Shown: in pieces, positions 9,962 through 19,871 of the stretch
Layout of the letters: the number at the start of each line of letters is the position of its first letter
Position numbering within the stretch: position 1 is the stretch's first letter
Source: Ktedonobacterales bacterium
GTDB lineage: Bacteria > Chloroflexota > Ktedonobacteria > Ktedonobacterales > JADMIN01
NCBI GenBank assembly: GCA_035642255.1
Contig: DASQSS010000381.1
Coordinates: 1 to 48,084, forward strand
Reading direction: 5' to 3'
Length of the DNA: 48,084 bases
The notes under the pieces: model-generated
Databases searched by the model: none
What the model was told of the DNA's origin: nothing
What the model saw: the letters and a program-made list of their open reading frames with translations, nothing else
Position numbers and translations under genes: made by a program

Positions 9962-11503
9962 CTACGGGATGGCGTCGCCGCTGTCGGCCAGCAGGTGAAC
10001 GCGCCCGTCGGGGGTGACTTCGACGGTCCAGCTATGCTGGCGCAGGAAGAGCTGATTCCAGGTGATCGTGAATGTCATCGTGTAGTCGCCCGCCGTCGCG
10101 CCCGCTTTCACGTCGCTGATGCTGGCCGTCCCGGCGTAGGGGCCTTTCCAGCCGAGGTCGGAGTAGTGGATGGAGTACTGGCGCTCGACTGCGCCCGCGC
10201 CCAGTGGGAAGGTTTGCGCGGCGACGAATGGCGGAATCTGATTGGTGTTCGGCAGCAGTTTCGCCATCGCCGCGCGGGCCATCACCGCGGCGGTCAGCGC
10301 GTTGGGCGCGGCGTGACTGGTGGGACGCGCCAGACTGACGATCAGAATGGTATTATCATCGCCGGGCATATAGACCAGCCCCGCGCTGGCGTCTATCGGT
10401 AGCATCCACGGCATGGAATCGCTGGAATTGACCGTGGCCGCTCGGATGAGTGGCAGCGCCGCGTAGGGCTGCACGCTGTTGGCGGCGCGCGCCTCGATGC
10501 CAGCCCTGGTCATCAACACGAGCGCGCTGGTCGCGCTGTCAACGCCGAAATGGCTCGCGCTTCCCAGCGCGGCGCTCTGGATAGTCTGCTCTGCGCTCAC
10601 CTGCTCACCCGCGCCATCCGCTGGCAGCGTGGTGAGATCGAGTTGCGCTCCGCCCAGATAGAGGGTATGAGCCGCTGAGTCCAGTGGACCAAGGCTACCC
10701 CCGCGCCCGGGCAGTCGCCAGCTTCCCAGCGGCGTCAGGTCGCTGGCGTTGAAGGCGTAGAGGATAGGATTCATGGCGTTGCCGTTATAGACGTAGGCAC
10801 GGCCCGCGCTTTCGTCGACCCGTATGTCCGACCCAAGCGTCCCGCCTGCTGACGGTGGCGGCAGAGGCGCGCTGGCTACCTGTTGACCGGTGGCCGCGTC
10901 GAAGGCGTTGATCGCGACATCAGTGTCGCTGACCGTATAGATCATGCCTGTGCGCCCATCCAGCGCCACCGACTGGAGGTGACTATCGAATGAGCTGCTG
11001 TACTTGCCCGCCTGCTTGCCTGTCGCATCGCTGTAGATGGTGACAGAGCCGCCGCTGATGAGATACGTGGCGCCGTGTGTCGTATCGGTCAGCGCATGCG
11101 CTGTGTCGGTTGGCGTAAAGAGGCTCTGGCCGCGCAATGCGCCTGTCGCGCTATCGTAGAAGGCAAAGCCAGCGAGCGCTGTTTGGTTGCCGCCGCATTG
11201 GGAAGTCGGCGCGCACAGTGTCGGCGCGATCTGCGCGACCAGCGTATGCGTGTGGGTGTCGAGCGCGAGGCTAGAGATCGCGCCCGGCGCGTGGATGATC
11301 GCCTCGACGGCCAGCGTCGGCAGCGCGGGCGCGGGGACGACCTGGCTGGCTAGCCGCGCTTGCGCCGCCAGCCGATGCCCGATCAGCGTGGCGGCGATGA
11401 CCGCGAGCGTGATGATGATGGACCCGGCGGCCCACGGCCAGACTCTGCGCCTGGGCGATGGCGTGGCGGACACGCGGTCAGAGGGTGGGGCGCCAGTCAG
11501 CAT
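9962..11503 (-). CDS. Membrane-anchored extracytoplasmic protein, probable beta-propeller repeats
   Basis: N-terminal TM helix (AAGSIIITLAVIAATLIGHRL) followed by repeated beta-rich segments (e.g. TGMIYTVSDTDVAINAFDAATGQ). No specific family recognised. Confidence 0.6.
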   Translation of the reverse strand: MLTGAPPSDRVSATPSPRRRVWPWAAGSIIITLAVIAATLIGHRLAAQARLASQVVPAPALPTLAVEAIIHAPGAISSLALDTHTHTLVAQIAPTLCAPTSQCGGNQTALAGFAFYDSATGALRGQSLFTPTDTAHALTDTTHGATYLISGGSVTIYSDATGKQAGKYSSSFDSHLQSVALDGRTGMIYTVSDTDVAINAFDAATGQQVASAPLPPPSAGGTLGSDIRVDESAGRAYVYNGNAMNPILYAFNASDLTPLGSWRLPGRGGSLGPLDSAAHTLYLGGAQLDLTTLPADGAGEQVSAEQTIQSAALGSASHFGVDSATSALVLMTRAGIEARAANSVQPYAALPLIRAATVNSSDSMPWMLPIDASAGLVYMPGDDNTILIVSLARPTSHAAPNALTAAVMARAAMAKLLPNTNQIPPFVAAQTFPLGAGAVERQYSIHYSDLGWKGPYAGTASISDVKAGATAGDYTMTFTITWNQLFLRQHSWTVEVTPDGRVHLLADSGDAIP

Positions 11504-11563
11504 GATGTCTCGTCAACTCCTGTGAACGTTCGTCATATCCGCTCGGCGGCTGACGGCGCCAGC

Positions 11564-12280
11564 TCACTCCGCTGGCTGATCGAATGGAACGGTTGCGCCA
11601 ACGGCAGCCGCGGCGGCTATGGGCCTGGGCCGGAAGACGCGCACAATCGCAACGCTGATGCGCCAGGCCATCAGCACGATAATGAGCGCGATGACGATGG
11701 CGATGACTAGCAGCACGATGCCCACGACTGGCCCCGCAAGCACCGCAACCGCCTTCGCGAGCACCACCAGCAGAATCGAGCCAAAGGTCAGCAGGTCTTC
11801 CAGCGTGGAGATGACGGGGTTGCCGATGCCCGCCGTCGTCGCTGTGGTCGCGACACGCGTCGTGGATTTCGTCGCATGCACGCCAAATGCGAGCACCGCG
11901 CCCGCCGCCGCCGCGACCCAGACGTTGGTGTCGCTGAGCGTGTTGCTGGTACCCGCGACGATGACCGCGCCCACGACCGGGCGTATCACGGTGTGGATGA
12001 TATCGTTGACGTGGTCGAGACCCGGGAACTTATCGATGATGATCTCGATGACGGTGAGCACACCCAACAGGATCAGCACGGGGGTGGACCCCAGCACAGC
12101 GAAATTGCCATGCAGCTCGAGCAAAGGATGCCCCGAGATGCTGATGTCGCTGACGATGCCGATGGCGAAGAGTGTCGCCACCGCGCGCAATCCTGCGGTT
12201 GAACTCAAGCCGAGCGCCGCGATCAGCGCCAGGATCGACTGGTCGCTGAACGGATTGGTGATGGTATCGAGCGGTGTCAT
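11564..12280 (-). CDS. Polytopic membrane protein (DUF4126-like)
   Basis: Hydrophobic Gly/Ala-rich helices. The likely start is MTPLDTITNPF at 12280, since the upstream 77 codons of the ORF track are Arg/Ser junk. The family assignment is tentative. Confidence 0.55.
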   Translation of the reverse strand: MTPLDTITNPFSDQSILALIAALGLSSTAGLRAVATLFAIGIVSDISISGHPLLELHGNFAVLGSTPVLILLGVLTVIEIIIDKFPGLDHVNDIIHTVIRPVVGAVIVAGTSNTLSDTNVWVAAAAGAVLAFGVHATKSTTRVATTATTAGIGNPVISTLEDLLTFGSILLVVLAKAVAVLAGPVVGIVLLVIAIVIALIIVLMAWRISVAIVRVFRPRPIAAAAAVGATVPFDQPAE

Positions 12281-12410
12281 GGACGCGCCCTCCCAGTCCA
12301 CGCGGGTTCGCCGATCACGCCGTGATGCGGCCCCAGACGTCGCCACTGACGCCTGCCTCGTTGTCTGGCCGTAGTGTATCACGCCCGACAACGGGCGCCT
12401 GTGGCGTGGT

Positions 12411-13955
12411 TCACGCCGGATGCTCCTCCAACTCACCGATGCGATGGAGCTTGACGAAGTTGGTGCGCGTCGGGCCAGTCGAGGGCATGCCGCCCATGAT
12501 GACCACCTCATCGCCTAGTTGCGCCAGACCACTCTCGCGCAGCGCGAGGTCGGCGGAGGCGATGCGCTGCTCGATGGTGCCTTTGAGCTCGTTGTAGCGC
12601 GGCATGACACCCCACCACAGCGCCAGCCGCCGATAGACAGTCTGGAAGGGCGAGAACGCGACGATCGGTACGCTGGGGCGCTCCTTCGAGATCAACTGCG
12701 CCGAGACGCCCGTGCGGGTGAAGACGACGATGAGCCGCGCGCCCGCCTCATGCGCAAGGGTGTTGGCGGCGCTCGCCACCGCCTGCGCCTTGTCGCCGCG
12801 TCGCCCGTCAGGGGAGGGGCGCTCGCAGGCCGATTCCGCCTGCACAGCGATGCGCGCCATCACGCGCACCGTCTCGATGGGATATTGTCCAGTGGCTGTC
12901 TCAGCGCTGAGCATGACGGCGTCAGTCCCATCGAGGATGGCGTTAGCGACGTCGCTGGCCTCGGCGCGGGTGGGGCGTGGATGCGTAATCATCGATTCGA
13001 GCATTTGCGTCGCGGTGATGACGGGCAGGCGGAGCGCGTTAGCGCGGGCGATGATCTTCTTCTGGATGAGCGGCACCTGCTCTAGCGGCATCTCCACCCC
13101 CAGGTCGCCACGCGCCACCATTACGCCATCAGACGCCATCAGAATCGAGTCGAGGTTGGCGATGGCTTCGGGCTTCTCCAGCTTGGCGATCAGCGGGATC
13201 GTCTGGTCGGCGACATAGACAGCCGGATGCAGACCCGTCGGCGCTTTGGGGCGGACCCGGTCAGGATTGGCCGCGATTTCTTCGGCGATGAGCGCTTTCG
13301 CCGCGCGCACATCCTCTGAACGGCGCACGAAGCTGAGCGCGATGAAGTCCACGCCGTGGCGCACGCCGAAGCGCACGTCGGCGCGGTCCTTGTCAGTGAG
13401 GGCGGGCGCGCTGACGGCGACTCCGGGCAAGTTGATGCCCTGATGCTCGGAGAGCGGGCCACCATGCTTGACCTCGGTTGTCACATCCTGTCCGCTCACC
13501 TCGATCACGCGCAGCTCGATGGCCCCGTCCGCCAGCAAGATGCGGTCGCCTGGCTTGACGTCCTGCGGCAGCGCGGCGTAGGTGGTGGAGACGGCGCTGG
13601 CGTCACCTACGATGTCGCGGGTGGTGATCGTGAAGGTCTGGCCGTCGCGCAGGGTGATCATCTGATGGTCAGCGAGCGCGCCGACACGAATCTTGGGCCC
13701 TTGCAGGTCCTGTAGCACGGCGATGGGATGGCCGATGCGCTCCTCGACGCGGCGCACGCGCGCGATGGTCTCGGCATGCTCGTCCTGCGTGCCATGCGAG
13801 AAGTTGATGCGCGCGACATTCATTCCCGCGCGGGCAAGCTCCTCGATGCGCTCCTCGCTCCAGCTAGCGGGACCAAGTGTGCAGACAATGCGGGTGCGGC
13901 GGTATGCTGGGGCTGCTCCTCCCTCAGTGGAGGTGGTGATGACGTAGTGCTCCAT
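12411..13955 (-). CDS. pyk: Pyruvate kinase
   Basis: RTRIVCTLGPAS, ARINFSHG and MVARGDLGVE blocks, with a C-terminal allosteric-type domain. Confidence 0.95.
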   Translation of the reverse strand: MEHYVITTSTEGGAAPAYRRTRIVCTLGPASWSEERIEELARAGMNVARINFSHGTQDEHAETIARVRRVEERIGHPIAVLQDLQGPKIRVGALADHQMITLRDGQTFTITTRDIVGDASAVSTTYAALPQDVKPGDRILLADGAIELRVIEVSGQDVTTEVKHGGPLSEHQGINLPGVAVSAPALTDKDRADVRFGVRHGVDFIALSFVRRSEDVRAAKALIAEEIAANPDRVRPKAPTGLHPAVYVADQTIPLIAKLEKPEAIANLDSILMASDGVMVARGDLGVEMPLEQVPLIQKKIIARANALRLPVITATQMLESMITHPRPTRAEASDVANAILDGTDAVMLSAETATGQYPIETVRVMARIAVQAESACERPSPDGRRGDKAQAVASAANTLAHEAGARLIVVFTRTGVSAQLISKERPSVPIVAFSPFQTVYRRLALWWGVMPRYNELKGTIEQRIASADLALRESGLAQLGDEVVIMGGMPSTGPTRTNFVKLHRIGELEEHPA

Positions 13956-14015
13956 CTGGTTGTCTCAACTCTCTTGTGAGGAAGCTGAGGCCAATCGTCT
14001 CAAAGCCGCTGAGCG

Positions 14016-14630
14016 CTATGGCTTCTGCTCCGCGAGGCTCGCCGTGAAGGCGCGCCATGCGTCCGTCACCTGCGCGCGCAGGTGATCGAGCGAGCCGTCG
14101 TTGTGAATGACGGCGGTAGCCAGCGGCAGCTTCGCATCGATGGGAGGCTGAGCGGCGAGACGGGCGCGGGCGTCCTCTTCACTGAGGCCGCGCTGTTCGA
14201 TCAGGCGTCGCATCTGAATCTCGGGTGGGCAGGTGACGATCCAGAGGCCGTGGCAGAAGGGCGCGTAGCCCGATTCGATGAGCTTGATGGCGTCGAGCGC
14301 GCCGATATCATCTGGCCCTAGCGCGCGGATCTTGCTCAAGATCGCCTCGCGCACAGCGGGATGGACAATCGCTTCGAGCTGGCGTAGGCGCTCGGGTGAG
14401 TTGAAGACGATCGTTCCCAGCGCGCGGCGATCGACACCGCCAGCGTGGTCGAGCACACCTGGGCCAAACGCCTCGGCGAGCGCGGCTGGCAGCTGCTGTC
14501 CGGGCAGGTAGAGCTCGTGGACGACGTTATCCGCGTCGATATAGGTCGAGAGGCCCAGCTCCAGCAGGATTAGCCCAACGGTGGTTTTGCCGCTGGCGAT
14601 ATTGCCTGTCAGCCCAAGAATATACGGCAT
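14016..14630 (-). CDS. coaE: Dephospho-CoA kinase
   Basis: MPYILGLTGNIASGKTTV P-loop at the N-terminus, about 204 aa. ATG 14630 is preceded by a GGAGGGA-type SD. The ORF-track start at 14702 is an extension. Confidence 0.9.
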   Translation of the reverse strand: MPYILGLTGNIASGKTTVGLILLELGLSTYIDADNVVHELYLPGQQLPAALAEAFGPGVLDHAGGVDRRALGTIVFNSPERLRQLEAIVHPAVREAILSKIRALGPDDIGALDAIKLIESGYAPFCHGLWIVTCPPEIQMRRLIEQRGLSEEDARARLAAQPPIDAKLPLATAVIHNDGSLDHLRAQVTDAWRAFTASLAEQKP

Positions 14631-14680
14631 GGCCTGTCTCCCTCCTCGCTGGCGGCGTCTCCGCTGGCGCTTGCGGCGGT

Positions 14681-16636
14681 CTAGCTCGCCAGCTCCTGCC
14701 ATTCGAGATACAGCTCGTCGAGCTGAGCTTTCTCATGTTCGTAGGCGGCGCCCAGCTCGGCGACCCGCGCGACATCGGCCTCGCCGCTCGCGCTGGCGAG
14801 ATCCGCCTCCAAAGCCTGCAGACGCGCCTCGCGCTCGGTGATCTCGCGCTCCACCTGCTCCACTGAGCGCACGGCTGGCTCCGCGCCACGCTTGCCGCGT
14901 CTGCCGCCACGCGCTGTCGCGGCGCCACGCGGCGCTTCGGCGGTCGTTGCGGCCTGGGCGAGTTGGGCGAGTTGGACGGCTTCGCGGGCCTGCGCCTGCT
15001 GCGTGGCGGCGTCGAGCTGTGCGCGGCGTGTGCGGTAGCGGCTGTAGTTGCCCTCGTAGATGGTCACGGCGCCACCATCCAGCGCCCAGATGGTCGTCGC
15101 CAGCGCATCCACGAAGTAGCGGTCATGCGAGACGAAGATCAGCGTGCCATCGTAATCGCGCAGGATGCCTTCGAGGGCTTCGCGCGCGGGCAGGTCGAGG
15201 TGGTTGGTCGGCTCATCGAGGACGAGCACATTGGCGCCCTGCAGCGTTAGCTTGGCCAGCGCCACACGGCTGCGCTCGCCGCCACTGAGCTGCCCAACGA
15301 GCTTGAACACATCATCGCCGCTGAAGAGGAAGCGGCCCAGATAGCCGCGCGCGCCCTCCTCACTCAGATGGCTCACCTGGCGTATCTCATCGAGCAGGGT
15401 CGCGTTCAGATTGAGGTTCTCGTGGGTTTGCGCGTAGTAGCCGACCTGCACGTTGCGCCCCAGCGCGACACGTCCCTCCAACGGCTGCATCTGCCCGACG
15501 ATCGTGCGCAGCAGCGTCGTCTTGCCGCCGCCATTGGGACCAATCATGCCGATGCGAGCGCCACGCTCGACGAGCGTATCAGGGACCTCGACGCGCAGCG
15601 CAGCGCCGTCCGCGCCGCCCACGTAGCCAGTAACCAGCTTCTCCGTGGTCAGGACGATCTGCCCTGGCTCGATTGCGGCGCCGAGGTGGAACTTCAGCTT
15701 GTCTTCGGTCGGAGGGCGCTCGATGCGCTCCAGCCGGTCGAGCAGCTTCTGGCGCCCGCGCGCCTCTTTGGCCCGCTGTCCAGCCTTGTAGCGGCGGATG
15801 AACTCCTCGGTATGCGCGATATGCTCCTGCTGCGCCTCGAAGTCTTTGCGCCAGCGCTCCAGCCGCTCAGCGCGCAGCACGATGTACTTGGAGTAGGGGC
15901 CGGGGTAGAGCTCGGCGCGCTGGTGGGCGATCTCGATCGTGCGTGTGGACACGCGGTCGAGGAAGTAGCGGTCGTGCGAGACGACGATGACGGCGCCGCG
16001 CCAGCCGCTCAGATAGGTTTCGAGCCACTCCAGCGCGGCCAGATCGAGGTGATTGGTCGGCTCGTCAAGCAGCAGCAGGTCAGGTTCCAGCAGCAGCAGG
16101 CGGCCCAGCGCGGCTCGTGTCTGTTGGCCGCCACTGAGCTGGCGCGCGGGCGCCTCTTGCTGCTCGCGGGTGAAGCCGAGGCCATCGAGCACCTGGCGCA
16201 CGCGCGGCTCGATGGTGTAGCCGCCCGCGTGCTCGAAGCGCGCCTGCACCTCGGCATAGCGCTCCAGCAGGGCGTTGTAGTTGTCAGGGTCAGCGAGCGT
16301 CGCGGGATCGCTCATGCGTGCGGCGAGGTCGGCGAGTTCGCGCTCCCAGGCATGCACATGGGTGAAGACGGCGCGCATCTCGTCCGCCAGGCTGCGTTCT
16401 GGGTGAAAGTCGGCCACCTGCGACAGATAGCCGATGGCGACGCCCTGGGCCAGCGCGATATTGCCCGCGTCAGGCTCCAATCGTCCCGCGAGCAGGTTGA
16501 GGAGGGTGGATTTTCCGGCGCCGTTCGGCCCAACCAGGCCGATGCGGTCGCGCCCGTCCACGCGGAAAGAGACGCCGCTGAAGATCAGCTCGGCGCCATA
16601 GGACTTGGTGAGATCGGTAATAACTGCGACTGACAT
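14681..16636 (-). CDS. ABC-F family ATPase (two ABC domains plus C-terminal coiled coil)
   Basis: Two Walker A motifs (GPNGAGKST, GPNGGGKTT) and two signature motifs (LSGGQQ, LSGGER). No TM domain. Arg/Glu-rich linker and tail. Confidence 0.93.
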   Translation of the reverse strand: MSVAVITDLTKSYGAELIFSGVSFRVDGRDRIGLVGPNGAGKSTLLNLLAGRLEPDAGNIALAQGVAIGYLSQVADFHPERSLADEMRAVFTHVHAWERELADLAARMSDPATLADPDNYNALLERYAEVQARFEHAGGYTIEPRVRQVLDGLGFTREQQEAPARQLSGGQQTRAALGRLLLLEPDLLLLDEPTNHLDLAALEWLETYLSGWRGAVIVVSHDRYFLDRVSTRTIEIAHQRAELYPGPYSKYIVLRAERLERWRKDFEAQQEHIAHTEEFIRRYKAGQRAKEARGRQKLLDRLERIERPPTEDKLKFHLGAAIEPGQIVLTTEKLVTGYVGGADGAALRVEVPDTLVERGARIGMIGPNGGGKTTLLRTIVGQMQPLEGRVALGRNVQVGYYAQTHENLNLNATLLDEIRQVSHLSEEGARGYLGRFLFSGDDVFKLVGQLSGGERSRVALAKLTLQGANVLVLDEPTNHLDLPAREALEGILRDYDGTLIFVSHDRYFVDALATTIWALDGGAVTIYEGNYSRYRTRRAQLDAATQQAQAREAVQLAQLAQAATTAEAPRGAATARGGRRGKRGAEPAVRSVEQVEREITEREARLQALEADLASASGEADVARVAELGAAYEHEKAQLDELYLEWQELAS

Positions 16637-16708
16637 ATACCATCAGTGTAGCCGAACGGATCAGCCGCCGCAAGCGAGCAGGGACGAGAGGCTCTTTCTT
16701 CAGCGGCC

Positions 16709-16731
16709 AAAAACGCCAACGGACGCTGGCG
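16709..16731 (-). terminator. Rho-independent terminator after the zinc-ribbon gene
   Basis: The minus-strand RNA reads CGCCAG-CGUCCG-UUGGCG followed by UUUUU, starting 8 nt after the stop codon. Confidence 0.6.
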
Positions 16732-16738
16732 CTTCACT

Positions 16739-16951
16739 TCAGAAGCAGCAGCTATCCTTGAATCCGCAGTTCGGGCAGATCGTCGCCTTGCCACCCTTGA
16801 GATCAGGCATGGCTGAGCCACAGACAGGACAGAACATCTCATTCACGCCTAGCTCGCACTGTGTCGTCTGGAACGTCTGGCTCGCGATATTCTCATTATG
16901 TTCATCATGCTCGCTCGTCGCGCTCGTTGCGCTGCTGGGCTGGCTCGACAT
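16739..16951 (-). CDS. Small zinc-ribbon protein
   Basis: CPVCG-x15-CPNCG pattern after an acidic/Ser-rich N-terminus. GGGGAGA SD upstream. Its own terminator lies downstream. Confidence 0.55.
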   Translation of the reverse strand: MSSQPSSATSATSEHDEHNENIASQTFQTTQCELGVNEMFCPVCGSAMPDLKGGKATICPNCGFKDSCCF

Positions 16952-17065
16952 GGTTTTCTCCCCTGTGCGCTTACCTCAACTCTCCTTGCTATTGTACCTC
17001 GCTCGACTGTCGCGGCGACGCATGTCAGGTTGTCTGGCGCCTGTTGGCGAAGCGTGATATGGGCG

Positions 17066-17074
17066 TGGTATAAT
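17066..17074 (+). promoter_or_regulatory. Candidate extended -10 promoter (TGgTATAAT) of nadBCA
   Basis: Perfect TATAAT with a TG at the extended -10 position. It is the only strong -10 in the 256-nt divergent spacer. It lies ~135 nt upstream of the nadB start. Confidence 0.5.
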
Positions 17075-17091
17075 CTGCTTCACGACGAGTT

Positions 17092-17108
17092 AGTGTACAT
17101 TGTACACT
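17092..17108. promoter_or_regulatory. 17-bp perfect palindrome AGTGTACA-T-TGTACACT, candidate operator
   Basis: 8-bp arms read directly from the sequence. It begins 18 nt downstream of the TATAAT. Confidence 0.45.
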
Positions 17109-17207
17109 TAACAGCGTGTCGGCGCGGGCGCGCTCGCTCATGTCCGACGTGTGCCGCAGACGAGTTGGGCGATGAGGCCCGCTCACTGGCGCGAAAGGAG
17201 CCGGGAC

Positions 17208-18914
17208 TTGACCGGACCAACAGGGCAAACGCCGCCACAGGCGCGGCCCGAGGCGCGAGATTTCGACCTGGTCATTATCGGCGGAGGCGTCGCTGGCCTC
17301 TCCGTCCTGCTTACGCTGCCCGCGAGCCTGCGGGTCGCCCTGCTGACGAAAGCCGCGCTTGGCGAGAGCAACACCCGCTACGCGCAGGGTGGCCTGGCCG
17401 CGCCTGTTGGGCTGGATGACGACCCCGAGCTACAACTGCGCGATACCTTGACAGCAGGCGCTGGCCTCGTGGACGAAGGCGCGGCGCGCGTTATGCTGAC
17501 GGAGGCGCGCGAGGCCGTCGCCTGGCTCGTCGCTCAGGGCGCCGAGTTCGATGAGCGCGAGCGCGCTGCGGATGCCCAAACAGGAGACGGCGCTGACCCA
17601 CTGCGCGCGTTGGCGACGCGCTACGATCTGGGACTCGAAGCCGCGCACAGTCGCCATCGTGTGCTGCACGCACATGGCGACGCGACCGGAGCGGAGATCG
17701 AGCGGGCGCTGGTTGCCGCCGCGCGTCGCCGCCCACATACAGAGGTCATCGAGCATGCGCTGGCGCTCGATCTGGTGATCGAGAGCGGCGCCTGTGTGGG
17801 CGTCGATGCGCTGATGGGCGGGCAGGTCACACGGCTGCGCGCGGCGCGCGGCGTCGTCATGGCGAATGGCGGCGCTGGACGTCTCTGGCTGCGCACGTCC
17901 AATCCACCTGGGGCGACTGCGGATGGCGTGGCGCTGGCATGGCGCGCGGGCGCGGCGCTGGCTGACCTGGAGTTTTGCCAGTTCCATCCCACTACGCTGG
18001 CTGTGAATGGCCCTGACGGCGAGCCGTTTTTGGTCTCAGAGGCCGTACGCGGTGAGGGCGCCTGGCTGCGCAACGCGCGCGGTGAGCGCTTCATGCCGCG
18101 CTACCATCCAGACGCCGAGCTGGCCCCGCGCGATGTCGTGGCGCGGGCCATCCTGAGCGAGATGCTCGCCGAGGATGCTCCCGCCGCCTACCTCGACCTG
18201 CGCCGCCTGCCCGCTGAGGAGACGCGCGCGCGCTTCCCCAGCATTACCGCGGCGTGCCAGGCGCGCGGACTCGACCTTGCCACTGATCTGATTCCCGTCG
18301 CTCCAGCCGCGCACTACTATATGGGCGGTGTCGTGACGGATACGTGGGGCCGCACCACCATTCCTGGCCTCTTCGCCGTCGGCGAGGTCTCCTGCACTGG
18401 CGTGCATGGAGCGAATCGCCTCGCCAGCAACTCGCTGCTCGAAGGACTGGTCTTCGGTAGGCGTGCGGCGCGGCTGATTGGCGGCGTGACCGACGCGGCG
18501 AGTGACTGGCCGACCACCCCTGCGCTGACCGGGCCATGGGTTGAGCTGGGCGAGGTCATCATGCCGCACAGCGAGCCGGACGCGCCCGTCGCTGACGTTG
18601 TTCGCGCGAAGATCCAGCGCGTGATGTGGGAGCGCGTCTCACTGCGACGCGACGCCGAGGGGCTGACCATCGCGCTGGAGCGTCTGCGCGCTCTGTCCGC
18701 TGGCGGACCCTATGATGCCGAGACGGCGAATATGCTGCTGACCGCGCAGGGCATCGCGTTGGCCGCGTTGAGCAGGGCGGAGAGCCGCGGCGGCCACTTC
18801 CGCACCGACTACCCGGAGCGCGATCTGAGCCGCGATGGGCGACATACGATGCTCTGGCCGACGCGCGCCCCGCGAGCGGCCCGGCAGGAGGTGGCCCATG
18901 CCATCCATATCTGA
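17208..18914 (+). CDS. nadB: L-aspartate oxidase
   Basis: FDLVIIGGGVAGLS FAD fold, RYAQGG, HYYMGGV. The probable TTG start at 17208 is in frame and has AAGGAG (17195-17200) 7 nt upstream. The ORF-track ATG at 17151 lacks an SD. Confidence 0.92.
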   Translation: MTGPTGQTPPQARPEARDFDLVIIGGGVAGLSVLLTLPASLRVALLTKAALGESNTRYAQGGLAAPVGLDDDPELQLRDTLTAGAGLVDEGAARVMLTEAREAVAWLVAQGAEFDERERAADAQTGDGADPLRALATRYDLGLEAAHSRHRVLHAHGDATGAEIERALVAAARRRPHTEVIEHALALDLVIESGACVGVDALMGGQVTRLRAARGVVMANGGAGRLWLRTSNPPGATADGVALAWRAGAALADLEFCQFHPTTLAVNGPDGEPFLVSEAVRGEGAWLRNARGERFMPRYHPDAELAPRDVVARAILSEMLAEDAPAAYLDLRRLPAEETRARFPSITAACQARGLDLATDLIPVAPAAHYYMGGVVTDTWGRTTIPGLFAVGEVSCTGVHGANRLASNSLLEGLVFGRRAARLIGGVTDAASDWPTTPALTGPWVELGEVIMPHSEPDAPVADVVRAKIQRVMWERVSLRRDAEGLTIALERLRALSAGGPYDAETANMLLTAQGIALAALSRAESRGGHFRTDYPERDLSRDGRHTMLWPTRAPRAARQEVAHAIHI

Positions 18915-19809
18915 CCAGCCCGATACGATCGAGCGGCGACGCGCCGATGGCTTCGCCTACGATCCCATTTTCGACGTGGAGCTAGCGCGCAGAGCGCTGG
19001 CCGAGGATGTTGGGCGCGGCGATCTGACCAGCGACGCCACCATCCCCGCCGGAGCGCGCGCGCATGGGCGTATCATCGCCAAGGCCGATGGCGTGGTGGC
19101 GGGGTTGCCGATGGCCGCCCTCGTCCTGCGCCTGCTCGACCTCAACACGCATGTCGTGCTGACCGCGCATGATGGCGATCATGTTCGTCCGGGGCAGCGG
19201 CTGGCCGTTGTGGAGGGGAACGCTCGCGCGCTGCTGACGGCCGAACGGACGGCGCTCAACTTCCTTGGGCGCCTTTCAGGCATCGCTACGTTGACCGCGC
19301 GCTGTGTCGCCGCCACGGTCGGGACGTCGGCGCGCATCGTCGATACCCGCAAGACGACGCCGGGTCTGCGCGCGCTGGAGAAGTACGCCGTGCGAATGGG
19401 CGGAGCGGTGAATCATCGCTCTGGCCTGGATGACGGCATTCTGATCAAAGACAACCATATCGCGGCGGTCGGCAGTGTTGGTGTCGCGGTGACGCTGGCG
19501 CGCGCGCACGCCTCGCATCTCATCAAAGTCGAGGTGGAATGCGAGAACGAGGCCCAGGTGCTCGAGGCGCTCGAAGCCGGAGCCGACGCTATCCTGCTGG
19601 ACAACATGCCAGAGGATGCGATGCGGGCGGCGGTGGCGCTGATCCGCGAGCGCAACCCGCGTGTGGTGATCGAGGCGTCGGGCAATATCGGACCTGACCC
19701 GCAACGACTCGCGACGGTCGCCGCCACTGGCGTTGACCTGATCTCACTCGGCGCGCTGACCCACTCCGCGCCCGTCTTCGATGTCTCGTTAGAGTTCGAC
19801 GCGGACTAA
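18898..19809 (+). CDS. nadC: Nicotinate-nucleotide (quinolinate) pyrophosphorylase
   Basis: DLTSD, DTRKTTPGLR and ILLDNM blocks. The ATG at 18898 overlaps the nadB stop by 17 nt. Confidence 0.92.
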   Translation: MPSISDQPDTIERRRADGFAYDPIFDVELARRALAEDVGRGDLTSDATIPAGARAHGRIIAKADGVVAGLPMAALVLRLLDLNTHVVLTAHDGDHVRPGQRLAVVEGNARALLTAERTALNFLGRLSGIATLTARCVAATVGTSARIVDTRKTTPGLRALEKYAVRMGGAVNHRSGLDDGILIKDNHIAAVGSVGVAVTLARAHASHLIKVEVECENEAQVLEALEAGADAILLDNMPEDAMRAAVALIRERNPRVVIEASGNIGPDPQRLATVAATGVDLISLGALTHSAPVFDVSLEFDAD

Positions 19810-19871
19810 TCCGCGCCCCCATAGACAGTGCCAGCCGCGCGGGTCAGGCCCGCGCCGAGGAGCGCGATCCC

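Noticed and set aside
17075-17207. NAD+ riboswitch (nadA motif) in the nadB leader, and in the short nadA upstream region 19810-19871.
   Set aside because: I could not find the conserved CAACCCC-type core or the tandem bulged-stem arrangement.
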